From Acidobacteriota bacterium (GTDB taxonomy: Bacteria > Acidobacteriota > UBA6911 > JACQSX01): DNA of 64,000 nucleotides. Below the pieces are notes generated by a model, which did no database searches, was not told where the DNA came from, and worked only from the letters and a program-made list of their open reading frames with translations. The stretch lies in the NCBI GenBank assembly GCA_036507075.1, contig DASXQR010000073.1, forward strand, positions 13,073 to 77,072, in the 5' to 3' direction. The translations under genes were made by a program, and so were the position numbers. Positions 61,289 through 64,000 of this stretch are shown here, piece by piece. Each line of letters starts with the position of its first letter. The first letter of the stretch is position 1.

Positions 61289-61951
61289 GTTCCTCAGCAC
61301 CATCCGGAGCGCTCCATTTTCTCCCCGCAGTAAGTGGTCCACCAGAGACTGCATGTCAAGCTTAAAGGCTGCATTCAGGTACTCTTCATACTTGCCAGGC
61401 TGTTCGTGTTCCCAGAGGGGAAACAGATAACCTGCGCGCAGCAGCCAGAAACAGGAAGTCGCATGCGCCATTGCCACATTGTGGCGCTGGAAAGGCGCGA
61501 TCTCCAACAACCGGGCCTGGCAGAGCGCCGCTTGTTCCACCGGGTGCAACTGTGCAAAAGCTTCCTCCCCCACCCAGTCAAAAAACCGGTGGAGCGCCGC
61601 CATGGATTCGGCGGGCGGCAGCGGCTGATGGTCGAGAGTAAGGGGCGCAAGCGCATCTTTGCGCCATCCGATTCCCGGACAGAGATCCCGCAGCAGCCCG
61701 TCATCAAGGGATTCGTGCTGCGCCGCCAATTGCGAGATCCGCGGCGCGACATCGGCAAGGCAGGGCTCGCCCGGCCATTTGGCAAGCAGCCAGGCCGAGT
61801 AGGCTCGCTGATTTTCCGCAACAGCGCGGCTGCGTTGCTTCTCCGCCAGACCGGCGAACTGCCGGCGGAGCCTGTCCAGTTCCTCGAATTGAGCGGCTGT
61901 CCTGAGAAGGGACATAATTACCGCGCGATCACCATATAAATCACTTCCCAC
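61286..61951 (-). CDS. Fic/Fido-like protein with degenerate catalytic motif
   Basis: HPVEQAALCQARLLEIAPFQRHNVAMAH aligns by eye to Fic HPFxDGNGRxxR; start may be ATG 61915. Confidence 0.65.
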   Translation of the reverse strand: MGSDLYGDRAVIMSLLRTAAQFEELDRLRRQFAGLAEKQRSRAVAENQRAYSAWLLAKWPGEPCLADVAPRISQLAAQHESLDDGLLRDLCPGIGWRKDALAPLTLDHQPLPPAESMAALHRFFDWVGEEAFAQLHPVEQAALCQARLLEIAPFQRHNVAMAHATSCFWLLRAGYLFPLWEHEQPGKYEEYLNAAFKLDMQSLVDHLLRGENGALRMVLRN

Positions 61952-63287
61952 TAAACATGGCGGGTTTCAGAAGAGACTGCAGACCTTCGACCCTTTCCTG
62001 CAACAGGACGCCGTTGCGGACCAGCAGGCTTTCGCTCAACTGCATGTCAACGACCGCCTTGCCCAGACTTTCGACCACTACACGGGTCTTTGCGGGAGCT
62101 CTCACATACACCAGCAAACCACCGGGGGAATCAACGCCCGCATTTATCTCAATCAACCCGGCGGCGATGCTCATGCCGGCCGAAGGCCAGTCACTGAGCT
62201 GCTTCAGCGACTGGTCCGAATAACGGACCTGCATTACGCTCAACTCGGCCTCGGTCACGGCGGCAGCCTGCACACCGATTACCCAGTTGAGTTTTTCAAC
62301 TCCAGGGGCGAGCTTCACATGCAATTCGGAGCGTGCCAGAAGCACTTTGTGCCCCGCGGGTACCGGAGACGCCTTGGACGCGCGTCCCGCTGCGAATCCC
62401 CCTCCTATTCCGGCTCCCATTCCGGCGTTCCCCTGCCCGACGAGCAAGAGCTTTTTGGAAGCCGCTTCCGCCTCACTCGCAAGGGCCGATCGATCTTCAG
62501 CCGGCGTTGCGACCGATTTGTTCAATCGTTGCTGCGCTTCCTCTCTTTTCAGCTCTTTGTTTTTTTCATCCTGGCCGATTACGCCCGCTAAAATTCCTGA
62601 ATTGACCTGCTGCGGCGCGGCGGCAGGCCTGTCTGCCCGTTCAGCGATATTCCGCGATTCTGGAGTCGCCTTGCCGCTGCTGTCTGCGAATCGATCACGA
62701 ACGGATGGCGAAACCGCATCTGCCGACGACGGGGGTACGTTCGCCGCGACGGTTCCCTCTCTCCATTTCCCCCTGACATTTTCTGACTGGCGCCGATCCA
62801 CTATTGTTGCTGCCGATTGCGACTCTTTGCCGGTTTCAAATGACCGCTTTCCTTCGCTCGCGCCGGCGGTTCGCGCTGGGGGAGGCATCTCCGGAACTCT
62901 CGTATCTGTGGCCGGCCGCACTAACGCTACCTCGGCCGGCGACTGCGGCTCCTGCGTTCTCTGTTTCGAAGTCAGCAGGACAACCAGCAACAGGCAGGCG
63001 GCAGCCGACAGTCCTCCCGCTGCAAACCATTTCATCCTGCCGTGATTTCTCTTCCTCTGAAATTCAAATTGCCGACGGATGCGATCGCGCTGTTCGTCCA
63101 GCAGCGTAAACTGCGGTTCACTCTCGAGCTCCTGCTCCACTGCCGTCATGGTGCGACGGATCTCATCCAATTCGTTTCGCAGCGTCTCGGACGCAGCGAG
63201 CTCCGCTTTCAAAGCCGCCCTTTCTTTTTCGTCCAGCTCTCCGAGCAGATACGCGGTGAGCCTGGGGTCATCCGGGTCGTATTTCAT
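61941..63287 (-). CDS. Putative membrane anti-sigma factor
   Basis: N-terminal LTAYLLGELDEKERAAL anti-sigma-like helix, TM helix, long low-complexity linker; ATGA overlap with the ECF sigma gene. Confidence 0.7.
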   Translation of the reverse strand: MKYDPDDPRLTAYLLGELDEKERAALKAELAASETLRNELDEIRRTMTAVEQELESEPQFTLLDEQRDRIRRQFEFQRKRNHGRMKWFAAGGLSAAACLLLVVLLTSKQRTQEPQSPAEVALVRPATDTRVPEMPPPARTAGASEGKRSFETGKESQSAATIVDRRQSENVRGKWREGTVAANVPPSSADAVSPSVRDRFADSSGKATPESRNIAERADRPAAAPQQVNSGILAGVIGQDEKNKELKREEAQQRLNKSVATPAEDRSALASEAEAASKKLLLVGQGNAGMGAGIGGGFAAGRASKASPVPAGHKVLLARSELHVKLAPGVEKLNWVIGVQAAAVTEAELSVMQVRYSDQSLKQLSDWPSAGMSIAAGLIEINAGVDSPGGLLVYVRAPAKTRVVVESLGKAVVDMQLSESLLVRNGVLLQERVEGLQSLLKPAMFSGK

Positions 63288-63826
63288 TTGACCCTCCTTA
63301 AGATCTTCTGCGAGGAAGCCAGATCTGCTTTCACCTGGCGCCTGATCGTTTTCAGGGCAGTGTGAATGAGGAACCCGACGTTCGTTACCGACAGCTTGGT
63401 GACCTGGCTGATCTCCTTGTAGCTAAGATCGTTCTGAAACTTGAGCCGCAGCACCTCCTGCTGGTTGTGTGGAAGCGTTTTCAAAATCGAAAGCACTTGG
63501 GTCAAACCTTCCTTCTGTTCCAGAACGGTCAACGGAGGCGGCGCCTCGCTTTCGCGACTGCACGCATCCGCTTCATCCAGAGGCGTAAGGCGGCTCTCCT
63601 TGCGAAGAACATCGTAGGCCCGGTTTCGGCAGACGGTAAAGAGCCAAGCCGCAAGATGCTCGCCAATCCTGGATGGATTTTGACGACAAAGGCGCAGAAA
63701 AGTGTCCTGCACGACCTCCCGGGCTGATTCAATGTTGCCGGTGATACCGGCAGCATAGCGCACAAGCGGGCGTTCGTATCGATCCAGTGCCGACCTCAAC
63801 CAGTCGGAATCCATCCGGCCTTCCAT
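63284..63826 (-). CDS. ECF sigma-70 factor
   Basis: AREVVQDTFLRL, AWLFTVCRNRAYD, LPHNQQEVLRLKF..LSYKEIS. Confidence 0.92.
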   Translation of the reverse strand: MEGRMDSDWLRSALDRYERPLVRYAAGITGNIESAREVVQDTFLRLCRQNPSRIGEHLAAWLFTVCRNRAYDVLRKESRLTPLDEADACSRESEAPPPLTVLEQKEGLTQVLSILKTLPHNQQEVLRLKFQNDLSYKEISQVTKLSVTNVGFLIHTALKTIRRQVKADLASSQKILRRVK

Positions 63827-63903
63827 CGGCTGGCCTATCCAGCCTCATTATTAACAACGGCTCAGGGGAAATTTTATTAGATTGGAGCGGGGCGCCGCGC
63901 GCC

Positions 63904-64000
63904 TAAGCCCGGATTATTATTCAAAACTTTAACCGCGAAGAGCGCCAAGAACGCCAAGAACAGCGGGGGGTAACGGCCTGGAGCTTAAGGTATGAAAGAT
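63904..64000. mobile_element. MITE-like element, left arm (truncated by window end)
   Basis: TAAGCCCGGATTATTATTCAAAA..AACCGCGAAGAGCGCCAAGAACGCCAAGAA. Confidence 0.65.

Overview
Bacterial core-genome segment. Gene content and order suggest Acidobacteriota (inference only). It carries rpoD-dnaG, mutS2, larB, the rimP-nusA-infB-DUF503-rbfA-nrnA-truB-rpsO-pnp operon, an M16 peptidase pair with tldD/pmbA, a PP2C sensor, a secreted matrixin-type protease with a partner gene, a ParB-like plus SplB-like radical SAM pair divergent from uvrD, degP, ald, hrcA-grpE-dnaJ-prmA-rsmE (no dnaK), a class II RNR with NrdR and DnaA-like boxes, yggS, tmk-holB, an Hfq-like gene and an ECF sigma/anti-sigma/pseudo-Fic operon. 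I recognised no rRNA, tRNA, CRISPR array, transposase or integrase. The striking signal is non-coding. About 26 intergenic loci hold palindromic elements, mostly built as a tandem 6-9-mer array, a spacer and the inverted array, in several sequence families. They show fixed polarity, shared head motifs, nesting, homologous or variable central spacers, and ends that often overlap stop codons. One family has TAGCCC(T)GGATTATTCAAA terminal inverted repeats and looks like a MITE. Together they suggest a dense, non-autonomous mobile repeat system whose mobilising enzyme is not in this window.
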